In this document: positions 12,856 through 22,709 of the stretch, piece after piece
Position numbering within the stretch: position 1 is the first letter of the stretch
Layout of the letters: every line of letters begins with the position of its first letter
Source of the DNA: Vicugna vicugna
Lineage: Eukaryota
DNA length: 29,117 nt
Assembly: GCA_013265495.1 (NCBI GenBank)
Contig: MU057880.1
Span: 434,001-463,117 of the forward strand
Reading direction: 5' to 3'
Position numbers and translations under genes: made by a program
Notes under the pieces: generated by a model
Told to the model about the DNA's origin: nothing
Databases searched by the model: none
The model's input: the letters and a program-made list of their open reading frames with translations, nothing else

Positions 12856-14301
12856 CGTGGTTACTGAGAGAGAACGCACGAAGCACAGGAACGGCGCTCC
12901 ATCCTGGTTTCAGGAAGAACGAGGACTATTTGCACACAGAGCCCAGATGCAGGGAGTGGTTCTGAGACCAGACATCTATCTCGGTGCAATGATGCCCCAG
13001 CATTTGTTTGCTCCCCAAGAAACAGGGGTCTGTTGCACTCAGCTTCCAACACCCCTGCCTTTAATTCATCACTTTCTTGACCTCATGGGCCTCTCCTTAT
13101 TCACGATTTTTGTGTGTTCCTCATTGTCCTTGTCTCATGGCTTCTGCATACTGACTTCTTTGATTACAGCCTTTGCTCTTTTTTGCCTTTGCTGAGAAAC
13201 TCCCCCAAAGAACGTGATGAGTTCAAGTTGGCTGTTACTTTCTCTGCCAGTCTTAGTGCTCCTGTTAGAATCTTCTAGATTGCTGGCAAGCCTGCATTGG
13301 CAACTCTTGGACCAGGCATCGCCTGTGATCTGGCTGTGATTGAGGCTGCTTGATAAAATATTCATTCATTATTCTGGGATCACTCGATAAGTCTTGCCCC
13401 TTAAGGCCTGAGAAATAGGAGACATTCAGCCAAAAGAAGACTACAATTTGAAGGCATCTTGGTTCACTTTAGTCTTGTCTGTAAATATCTGGCATCAAAA
13501 AAACTACCTGGACCATAGTCAGTGCCCATGAATGAAATGAGCTCATTAAATGACATCTGGTAGACCTGTGCACGGCTTCATCTCAATGCTACATGTGACA
13601 CTGACTTGATCCTAAATCAGTTTTTATAGTCTGATATAAATTAAGGACACCCTCAAATATTGTGATATACCTCCACTCCACTGGCTCCCATCAGACCACA
13701 CGGCAAGTCAGCTTCTTGGTCTTAGGCCAGAGACTTCATGTTATTAACAGTTTCTACATTTAAGTATCTACAGAAAGAAAAACATGGGACTAGCTTTTAT
13801 TTTTGAGGCACCGAATACCCTAGATTGAATTTCTTTCCCTAAATTTACTTCAGATTCTGAATTTACTTCAGGTATTATATTCTCTGCTTGGACAATTTTT
13901 CCCACAATGAAAATCGTTATGGTCTTATTGATTGCCCATGAAATAAAGTCTTTTCTAAGATCCTTTAACCTAGCGTGAAATGTTTTGATCACCTTTATCA
14001 ATGTTCCTGTGATGTAGCCATGGCATTGTTAAAACTAACTGGGCAGTTAAGTATAGTTGCATACATAGGCAGGAATTTTATTGTGGTTGGCTAACACATG
14101 CATATTAAAAAAGTGCAATTCACAAATTATTTTCTAGTTGCAGTCAGTGTTTTTGTTTCCCTTTTAGCAGGGTAAGTTCTCATTCCCAGTCAGGTCTTCC
14201 TGAAGTGTCTGGCCACCTAGGACGCAGTCTGCCTTCCTCTTCTCCATTCTGTTACTGCCCCTTTCAACCTCTCTTAGTTGACATTTTTAGTGAATGGCCT
14301 C

Positions 14302-14615
14302 TCAAATGTCCATCGACAGATGACTGGATGAAGTTGTGGTATATTTATACAATGGAATACTACTCAGCCATAAAAAAGAATAGAATAATGCCACTTGCAG
14401 CAACGTGGATGGACCTGGAGATCGTCATTCTAAGTGAAGTAAGTCAGAAAGAGAAAGAAAAATTCCATATGACATCACTCATATGTGGAATCTAAAAAGA
14501 AGGCAAACTTATTTACAAAACAGAAACAGACTCAGATACAGAAAAGAAACTTATGGTTACCAGGAATTGAAGGGGTGGGGGTGGGAAGGGATAAATTGGG
14601 AATCTGAAAATTGCA
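14302..14615 (+). mobile_element. L1 fragment (end of ORF2 plus start of 3' UTR)
   Basis: Translates to KCPSTDDW..LWYIYTMEYYSAIKKN.IMPLAATWMDLEIVILSEVSQ, the L1 ORF2 C-terminus. Confidence 0.9.
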
Positions 14616-14775
14616 CCTCTTTGGGAGTGATGGAAATGTTAGCTATCTTGAGCATGGCGGTGGTTTCACGGGTGTAAATACCTATCAAAATTCATCAAAA
14701 TGTACATCTATAGTTTCCTGTACAGGAATCATACCACAATAAAGGGTGTTAAAAATCAAATAAAAATAAAAATTA
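14616..14775 (+). mobile_element. Older L1MB/MC-type 3' end with A-rich tail
   Basis: tttgggagtgatggaaatgtt...tatcttga...ggtggtttcacgggtgta...tcaaaattcatcaaa...caataaag. Confidence 0.7.
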
Positions 14776-16049
14776 TCAGAAACAAAACAAACAACTTGAC
14801 CCCTCAGTGCTGCACGTCCTTTACTCATTTTTAAAGGAGAACAAGATCAGGGAACCAAGGACTCGGAGGGCTTCCCCCTTCTCTTCGGCAGGAATGTCAG
14901 TGTCATCACGCCACAGGGAAACCATGAGCACACAGACCTACCGTGTGTGTTGACACTGGCTTTCGCAGCAGCTCACATCCTTCCAGAACATTTTGAGAGA
15001 GATGATCAGTGACCTGGAGATAAAACGTATTAAAGTAGAGATGAGCATAAACTCTACGCCTCCCAGGAGGAGGACTGGATTAAAGCGGAGGGAAATCGTC
15101 AGAGGCTTTCATCTGCATGTGTGAAAACAGAATTAGGTCTGGTTAGCCTTTTTGATTAGGGAGGAGAGGACTAGGGGGTCCCCAACTCTTTTTGCCACAC
15201 GCCTCAAACTCGGCGAAGTTCTGTTATTAACAAGACACAGAGGAAGCTCTGTCACTGGCACTGATGGCACACTGATGGCATCTTACAACCCTAAGTGGAG
15301 ACAAATCTTTGTTATTTAAAGGTAACCTGAAACATAAACAGGTAAGAATACCCATCATGGTTGGTTTGCCATTTTCCTGTATTTTTAGGAGAATACAAAA
15401 AGTGGTAAAGAGGTTATTCTTCAGAACAGCAGCTCCTAAGTATTTTTCAGAACACATCTGAGAACGTTAAGCTTTCTGAATGACAGAAATTTAAGGAGCA
15501 CAGAGGTGGCTGTTTGGACAGAGGTTCCCTGAGCGAAGAGCTCTGGAGTGAACATGAGGGAGGGGGCTCAGGTACGCTGGCACTGGCATTTTTAAAGGTC
15601 CGGCTGAAGCTCCTGGAATGGTGTTAATTCTCCCCATTGTTCCGGTGGCCAGATTTTCCAAATTTACCACCATCACCCAGACACGTCAGGAAGGGTTTTA
15701 GGTTTGGCCATCTTCCCTTTGGCAGCAGGACTGAGCTCCTGACTCCTTTCTAGCCTCCCTCATGACCCCTCCCATTTTGTGCAGGTGTTTCCACACGCTC
15801 CACCCGATGCTTCCTGGTGAGCGATGGTGGGGCTTTCATTTACATCTGTTCCAGGGAAGGAAACAGTCCTTGATTTCAGAATGTGCTCAAATGGGTTGCT
15901 GCTTAACCGCTTCTTACCTTATTAAGTGAAAGTGCCCTTCTAACAGACTGAAATATTCTTCCAACTTACTACACCTTAGGACTCATAGACAGAAGAGTGA
16001 TCTTTGATATGCTCATTACAAGTTCCAAGTCACTCGCTGGACTGTGTCC

Positions 16050-16200
16050 TTAACGTAGTGGTCATGACCTTGAATGTCAGTTTAAGTTCTCTGAGAGCCG
16101 GTTTCTCAGCATGTATACTGGGAGTCAAAATAGTATATCCCACAGAGAATTTTATTGGAAAAGGGTTGGGAAGAGACAAATGCTATGTAAATAGTGATAA
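16050..16200. mobile_element. MIR fragment
   Basis: tgaccttga...tttaagttctctgagagccggtttctcagcatgta is MIR-like. Confidence 0.45.
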
Positions 16201-16444
16201 TTATCATTTTTCACTGAATCTCAAGAGACATGATGAACCCTGGACATGGTTTGGTTGCTGTCAATGTTAATACACCAATTTCTTTTCTCTGAAAAGCCAC
16301 CTAAAAGGACAGACTATTCGGGCAGTTTTTAGGCTAAATTGTGCCAATCTCCTCAGCGCCCTGGGGCCTGCTCCTGCAGTGAGACCTGAGGGCTCCAGTT
16401 CCTCAAAAAGAAAAAGCACGCACGAGTCACTAAGAATATAGGTA

Positions 16445-18416
16445 AGGTTTTATGTTATATTTATTTATTTTCCAGCTTGTACAAACTGGATGTAAAAGCA
16501 TAAACATAGTACATTTCTACCATTTTCAACAAAAATATAACCAATATGTACAATTATTGTATTAAAAATACAAAAGGGATACAGACTCCACCAATGTCTT
16601 TCTAAAAGACATACAGGGACAAGTAGTATCAAAAGTACGAGGAGATGACCAGTTAACTGTACAGTCTGCACTTGACATCACGGAGCGAACTGAGCTTACA
16701 GTCCTAGGTTCTACGATTACTGGATGCTTAGGTAACGTTTGTGCAACTTATGGAAGAGCCAGGTTTCTGTCTTTCTATCTGCACATGAGGTCCACAGCCT
16801 ACGTAAGGAAAGAGGCCAGCGATGCCTATTACACGTGAGATTACAAATGCGTAACTGACGACGTGGCAGGTGAGCAGGTCGACGAATGCCATGATACAGA
16901 AGAGAATTATTAAATAAAGCACTGACGAGTGTTGGATACAGTGAAAAAACACTGCAATTCGACTTTTACAATCGGAAGCTATTTACGTTTATCTACTGAT
17001 CAATATGATCAGCTGAATTTAATGGGGAAAAAAAATCCAAGACCAGCAGTTCCTCACATTTGAGTACTACTCGGATTGGCAGCCTTCACTTTTCCGGAGT
17101 CTGTGCAAAAACAACAAAAGATAGAGAGGAGGGGTGACTTCGGTCGTTGGCGTGGGGTGAATAGCAGCTGTGAGCGGGCGGCTGCCACTGAGGCCTTCGC
17201 TGTCTCAGCGTCCAGAAAGCCACTCACAGGTTAGTCTTTGGTGACTAACCCACCTCGCGAAGGCTGGCGTCTCTTACCAAGCGTTTGAGCTTCTGATCTT
17301 TCTCTTGTTAAAGGTGTCCATTCCGAACCAGGAGGCCGTCCCCTAAGAGCAGCGTTGACAGCTGGCGTCCGCACGGCATCCCAGCCGCTTTCACTGCCAT
17401 GCTCTCCAGTTATCAACGTTTCTCTTTAGAAACAAACAAAAGAGTCCCTAAAACTAAATCAACAGAAAGCAAAGGAACATAATTTAAAAGACGTGGGGTC
17501 GGCCGTCCCTCTAGATGGCACAGGATGCGCCCTCAAGTGACACCGCCCCGCGCTCCGTAAGGCTCAGACACGGGACAACGGAGTCCCAGCTCCCTCCCCG
17601 GGCCATGTGCAAACAGTGTGCCGGCAGGTGGGCCCCGGCCGCTGGGGAAGGGGTGGACCGGACCCCGGGATCTAAGGGACTGGCTAACACCTCCTGCTTC
17701 AAGGACAGGGCACTTGCCGGGCACAGCCACCGGGACCCAGGAAGATGGGCTGTAGGCCGGGTCTTCCTTGCTCTGGGGGTTGGGGTGGGGACCACACCCT
17801 GCCAGGCATATTTGGTTTTTCAGTCACCGGCCTGGACTGGCAACCCTACTTAAAGGTTCAAAATAATACTGCAATCAGATGGATATAACATTTACTCTCT
17901 GAACATAATCTTTAAACTCATTAAAAAAAAAAAAAGAGGACATTGTAAACAAGTGGACGAGCATGGTTCTCAAAGGATGTCACTGTGTCTCTGTCTTCCT
18001 TGGAGGGTTAAAGGCCCTCAGTGTCCGGTGGCTCGCCGTTCTCATGATGCCAATGCAACCACGTGCTAGGACTGGATTGAAATCTGAGAGGAAGACGCTC
18101 CGGGTCTTTCTGGCGCGGAGACGCTGTCGGAGTTGGGATGTCGGAGTCTGTGGGGCGCGGCAGGCGGGAGCTCGGAGACCGCGGCGCTGTGCATTCAAGC
18201 AACAAAGTCGGAAAAGTGCCAGGGCGGTTTCTTCACAGTATTTCACATGCAAAGGGGACAGTACGAGGGGGGAAGAAGCCCCATGCTGCTTTTAAGGCAG
18301 GGAAGGAGGCAAACTGGTCCACCGTCCTCGGAGTGTGAGTCCCACGGCCGCGACGCCGGGGCGTCTTCCTGCCCTCCCCTTCGGGCGGCGGCTCCGGGCC
18401 CGGAGACGACCGAGCC
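16445..18416 (-). other. RAPGEF2: RAPGEF2 3'UTR (~2 kb; cleavage site approximate)
   Basis: Follows the stop codon, has no recognisable interspersed repeats, is AU-rich distally, ends at the AATAAA signal, and contains miRNA and Pumilio motifs. Confidence 0.8.
16460..16469 (-). promoter_or_regulatory. Polyadenylation signal (two overlapping AATAAA)
   Basis: Plus-strand tttatttatt reads AATAAATAAA on the minus strand, with TGTA motifs upstream and GT/T-rich sequence downstream. Confidence 0.8.
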
Positions 18417-18442
18417 TCAAACAGCAGACACTTGCTCATCTT
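18417..18442 (-). CDS. RAPGEF2: RAPGEF2 last coding exon: (E)DEQVSAV-stop, class I PDZ-binding motif
   Basis: Minus strand reads ttggcag|aa gat gag caa gtg tct gct gtt tga, with a pyrimidine tract upstream of the acceptor. Confidence 0.93.
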
Positions 18443-18770
18443 CTGCCAATGTAACCGCGGAAGGAAAAAGAAAAGAAAAGAAACTCAATGAGCGAGCACA
18501 TCGGTTCTTGTGCTTAGAGAGAACACAACCCTGATGCACTATATAAAAATACTATTTTTTTTTTACTACAGGTCACTTAAAATCTTCTTTTTTCCTACAT
18601 AATGATTAGTAACAATAAAAAAATACAGATGGAGCACATCTTCAAATATATATACCTTGTATATTTACTGATTGGAAATGTATTAATGATAAATTCCCTG
18701 AAAAAAAGTTATAAAACAGCCTGTTACTTTTTAATAATATATACTGCATACACATAAAAAAGTCTGGGAG

Positions 18771-18882
18771 TGGGGAAGGTATAGCTCCGAGGTAGAGCAC
18801 GTGCTTAGCATGCACCAGGTCCTGGGTTCAACCCCCAGTACCTCCATTTAAAAAAAAAAAAAAAGATTAAAAGGGGTAGGGA
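18771..18882 (+). mobile_element. tRNA-derived SINE (camelid vic-1-like) in the last RAPGEF2 intron
   Basis: ggggaaggtatagctc...gtagagc (A box), gggttcaacccc (B box), poly-A tail. Target-site duplication aaaaaagtct at 18756-18765 and 18883-18892. Confidence 0.85.
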
Positions 18883-19372
18883 AAAAAAGTCTAGAAGGAT
18901 ATGTAACACAACGTTAACAGGGTTAGCCTGCAAGCGGCAGGATTCTACGTAATTTTCATTGTGTTTGCTTTTTTCTACAATGATTATTTGCATTATAAAA
19001 CATGTTAAACCTAAAACAGGAAGTGGGGTCGGGGCAGCATGGCTCCCGCTGCTCCCAGCACGGCCATCTCGGCCAGAGGAGGCAAAAATGTTAGAGAGGA
19101 GCGGATTTCTTTATCGGCGCTTCGCTGGGAACTACTAAGCCTGCAACACGGCATTTCCACAGAGAGCCGAGAACGAGGGGTAAACCCAGCCATGCACACC
19201 CTCGGCTACAAGTGACCCCTCTGCGGCCTTGAGTTCTTTCCTGCGCCGCAGAGGACCAAGCAAAACGAAACCCCTCGGACAGAAGAGCGGGCCACGACTG
19301 CAACCCCGAACCTGGCCCCCGACCCCCGAGGGACCCCCAAGGGCGCAGAGGCCACGGGGAAAGGGCATGTAC

Positions 19373-19544
19373 CGTCCTCCTCAGCGGAGAAGCCCGGGCC
19401 CGCATGCGGGCCGAGGCGCAGGTCCCCGTCGCCAGGCCGGTGCCACTGCGGCCGGGGGGCGGGCCGACCACCACCAGGGGGCGCGGGCGGCTGCGGGGCA
19501 GGGTGGGGTGGGCGGGGGCTCCCGGTACCGGCCCTCCTTCCGCG
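19373..19544 (-). CDS. RAPGEF2: RAPGEF2 penultimate coding exon, with an apparent internal deletion and frameshift
   Basis: The 5' part reads ARKEGRYREPPPTPP. The 3' part reads PAPQPPAPPGGGRPAPRPQWHRPGDGDLRLGPHAGPGFSAEED in a different frame. Acceptor tcttcactgcag, donor gtacat. Length 172 nt is not a multiple of 3. Confidence 0.88.
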
Positions 19545-20099
19545 CTGCAGTGAAGACAAGGCAGGGCGTTAGGACCGCATGGGAGGGCATGTCGCCCCGT
19601 TACCGGAATGAAGGAAATCAGCGCTACGACAGCACACAGTGGAACGGGTCGAGAGGTGCGGGCAGGGAGAGGACTTCACTGAACAACTGTTCACCGCGGT
19701 CATCTCCGTGGGGGGGGATAACCCAAAGGGGGAGACCTGGAGCTCTAAACCGGGGGCTGCAAGCGTCTACACCTGCCGAGTGGTAACCAGGCTGACACCC
19801 AACCCTGCAGTTCATCGGTTTATCGCAAAAAGAGATCAGAAGACAGCCAGTTCCACGCCTGGGACCCGTGACGGGTGCCCAGTGAAGGTTCCTTCCTCTC
19901 TTCCTGCCCCTCCAGGCGAGGCAGGCGGTCCCTCTTTGCTGGGCACTTTGTTCCTCCCACCAGAGGGGCCAGTCCATGGTACTTTCAGGTCTTGGGCTTC
20001 ATTTGTGAAAACAATTTGGAAAAGTAGGACAAAACATGATGCAAATCTAAAAATTCTAAATTGTGTATATGTAAGGTACGTATTTTCCTTAAAATCCTT

Positions 20100-20590
20100 C
20101 CCATGGACAGATGACTGGATAAAGAAGGTGTGATGTATGTATACTACTCAGCCATAAAAAGTGAAACAATGCTATTTGCAGCAACATGGATGGACCCAGA
20201 GATGATCATACTAAGTGAAGAAAGTCAGACAGAGAAAAACAAATACCATATAATATCACTTATGTGGAATCTGAAATATGATACACATGAACTTATTTAC
20301 AAAATAGAAGCAGACTCACTGACATAGAAAACAAACTTACAGTTACCAGAGGGTGAAGATGGCAGAGGGATAAATTAGTTTGGGACCAACAGATACAAAC
20401 TATTATATATAGAATAAACAACAAGGATTTACTGTACAGCACAGGGAACTATATTCAGTATCTTATAATAACCTATAATGGAAAATAATCTGAAAAAAAT
20501 ATATAACTGAATCACTTTACTGTACACCTGAAACTAGCACAATATTGTTAATCAACTATATGTCAATTAAAAGAAAAAGAAAAAGAAAGT
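20100..20590 (+). mobile_element. 5'-truncated L1 (ORF2 end, 3' UTR, A-rich tail) in a RAPGEF2 intron
   Basis: Encodes YYSAIKSETMLFAATWMDPEMIILSE; contains actgtacagcacagggaactatattca and tgtacacctgaaact...atcaactata, then an A-rich tail. Confidence 0.9.
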
Positions 20591-20904
20591 GCTTTAAAAA
20601 TCACGACCTAAGAATAGGTATTAACTGTTGTCTCCTTACTCATCTTGAAAGGATATTAAATTTGACAGCCACCCATGACGATTTGCATGATAAAATAACT
20701 GCAATCTCCCTACTAATAAAAGTGATGTCTGTAAAGGGTAGAGCCTGGAATTTCTCACTCTGTAGCCTATTGTGTAGCCCTGCTCTTCAATTAGATGCTG
20801 AACATGCCAGAGAGTTTATCCCGAGGAGATTAAGGAACCGTTAAGAGACTTCTCAAGAGAAACAGCATCAGCAAGGTGACAGTGTTCTGTGTACTGAAGA
20901 ATTC

Positions 20905-21100
20905 TTATCCAGGCGCTGGTGCTCTGAGTGCTCTGTAGAGTTCCTTAAGTCCTCACACCAGCTGGATTGGTACAAATTATGAAGCCCATTTTACAGATGG
21001 GGAAACAGACACAGCTGAGTGCCCCACCCACTGTCACAAAGCGAGGAAGTGGCAAAGCAGGGGTTCAAGCCCCCACCTGCCTGACTTCCGAGCCCTGACT
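20905..21100. mobile_element. MIR SINE
   Basis: cccattttacagatggggaaacaga...gtcaca...aagtggcaaagcaggggttcaagccc...ctgacttccgagccc. Confidence 0.75.
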
Positions 21101-21637
21101 GCATTCTCTCTCAGGCCCCTCACCCTTGTTCGGTCGTGTGCAGGGAGAATTTGTTTAGCACAGAAACAATTCAGCTGCATAACAAACATCAATGGAAAAG
21201 TTTTAAATATGCAAGGTGTAAAGTTCTAAATACAACTCAAGAGAACAGAATAGAAAAATGAAACAGTTAAAACCACTCCAGTTAAACAAAAAATTCTTCC
21301 TCTAGAGAGGATGGCCATCCTTCCTGATAATCTTCAGCTGGGAAGATCAGTATTAGACCAGATAATACCAGTGATGACAACCTACTGACGTCAACAGCTA
21401 AAGTGCACTTAAAGTTAACTGTACTAGAAGCTGTTTACAGGCACTGGACCACAAGACCCGGGCTCTTAACCACTGTTCATTTCAAAGTCCTCCATGCAGG
21501 GCTGATCTGGAAGCCCTACCCAGCCATGGGTGGGACAAAATGAGGAGAAAAACCACAAACACTTAATAACTTCACTTGCAAAACCAGTTAGAGGAAAGCC
21601 ACCACCCAGATGGGACCGTGCTCTGCAATCAGCTTAC

Positions 21638-22200
21638 CAATGAGCCCTTTGGCAGCGCCAGGCGTCACGGCTACGTGGGCCACCCCGGCGGCGGGCTTGG
21701 TGTCCTCTGTGGTCACGGCTGGCATGCTGCTGCTGCTGTCGGCGTCCATGGAGACGTCCTTCCCACCCCTTCGCTTTATTGTGCCTGTGTCCCCTTCCGA
21801 GTCTTCTCCCCAGTACCCCGTGGAAGACGCCCAGCTTGCCCGGGACTGGGCTTGGTCCAGACTCTCTCTGCTTTGATTCTGCCTGCTGTACTTTGTGCTG
21901 TGATCAGAAAACATGATTTGGTCCATATGGCTGCTCGTGCCCCAGAGACCTGCAGCATCCCCGGAATAGTCAAAGTGAGGGTGTCCAAACGGGAGTGTCT
22001 CCCAGCTCCTCTGGTGCTGGATGGTCTGGATGTTGTCGTGGGAGCCACTTGAGCACGACGTCCAGCTCCCTCGGCCGCTGTCGGCTGCATCCAGTGACGC
22101 CCGGTCCCCCTGGTCCTGGGAGAGCTCCTCGGTGCTGGGAGAAGAGATCACTGTGGCCGCGGCATACAAGCTCCGGCCCTCTGACAGCGGGGCATAGGAC
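21638..22200 (-). CDS. RAPGEF2: RAPGEF2 coding exon: [12 protein letters not shown]...[16 protein letters not shown]...[20 protein letters not shown]...AKGLI
   Basis: Peptide matches RAPGEF2, including the DSGRGS beta-TrCP-type degron. Acceptor accccctag, donor gtaagc. 563 nt, phase 2/1. Confidence 0.96.
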
Positions 22201-22483
22201 CTAGGGGGTCGGAAGACACAAGAGAAGAGAAAGAGGGAAAAAAGCAAGACTGTTAACGAATAAATCTATAAAACCAAAACACTTTTTCCCAGAAAGGCAG
22301 CCTGCTTTCATCCCGGGAGGAGGATGGAAGATTCCCCATGGTACTAAGTCATCCGGAAACTGAACATGAGAACTGGGGTGGGGGTGCATCTCTCAGCCCG
22401 TGTAAACAGACACACACAGCTGGAGGGAAGGGTGGGTTTTCCGAGCTGGGGGAGCACCAGGAGGTCAGGAAGACAAGCCCTAC

Positions 22484-22709
22484 CCCAGGCTGAACTGGTC
22501 CGGTTCCACCACTGGCCGCCGCTCCGCCCGGCCCACGCCCAGGCCGCTCTCCACAATGCTGACCGAGTGCCTCTGCCGCCTCTCCTCCTGCAGTGAGGCG
22601 GGCACCGAATCAAAGGAGGAGTTGCTGACAATGCTGGATCGCGATGAGATTTCGCTGTGCCCGGAATCCGAGAAGTTGTCCACAGTGCCGCTGGGAGCCA
22701 GGGTGTAGC
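22484..22709 (-). CDS. RAPGEF2: RAPGEF2 coding exon: [26 protein letters not shown]...EPDQFSLG
   Basis: Peptide matches RAPGEF2. Acceptor ctccacacag, donor gtaggg. 226 nt, phase 1/2. Confidence 0.96.

Noticed and set aside
12091..14001. Several 60-140 aa ORFs, plus a short direct repeat (aatttacttcag twice, ~13841-13871)
   Set aside because: No recognisable homology or coherent exon structure; consistent with chance.
18771..18845. tRNA-like sequence with A and B boxes
   Set aside because: It has a poly-A tail, a target-site duplication and diverged sister copies, so it is a SINE and not a tRNA gene.
19229..20133. Long plus-strand ORFs (185 aa and 164 aa) antisense to RAPGEF2
   Set aside because: They arise from stop-poor GC-rich sequence, show no recognisable domain, and the second runs into an L1.
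21576..22204. Plus-strand ORFs overlapping the large exon
   Set aside because: These are antisense shadows of the GC-rich RAPGEF2 coding exon.
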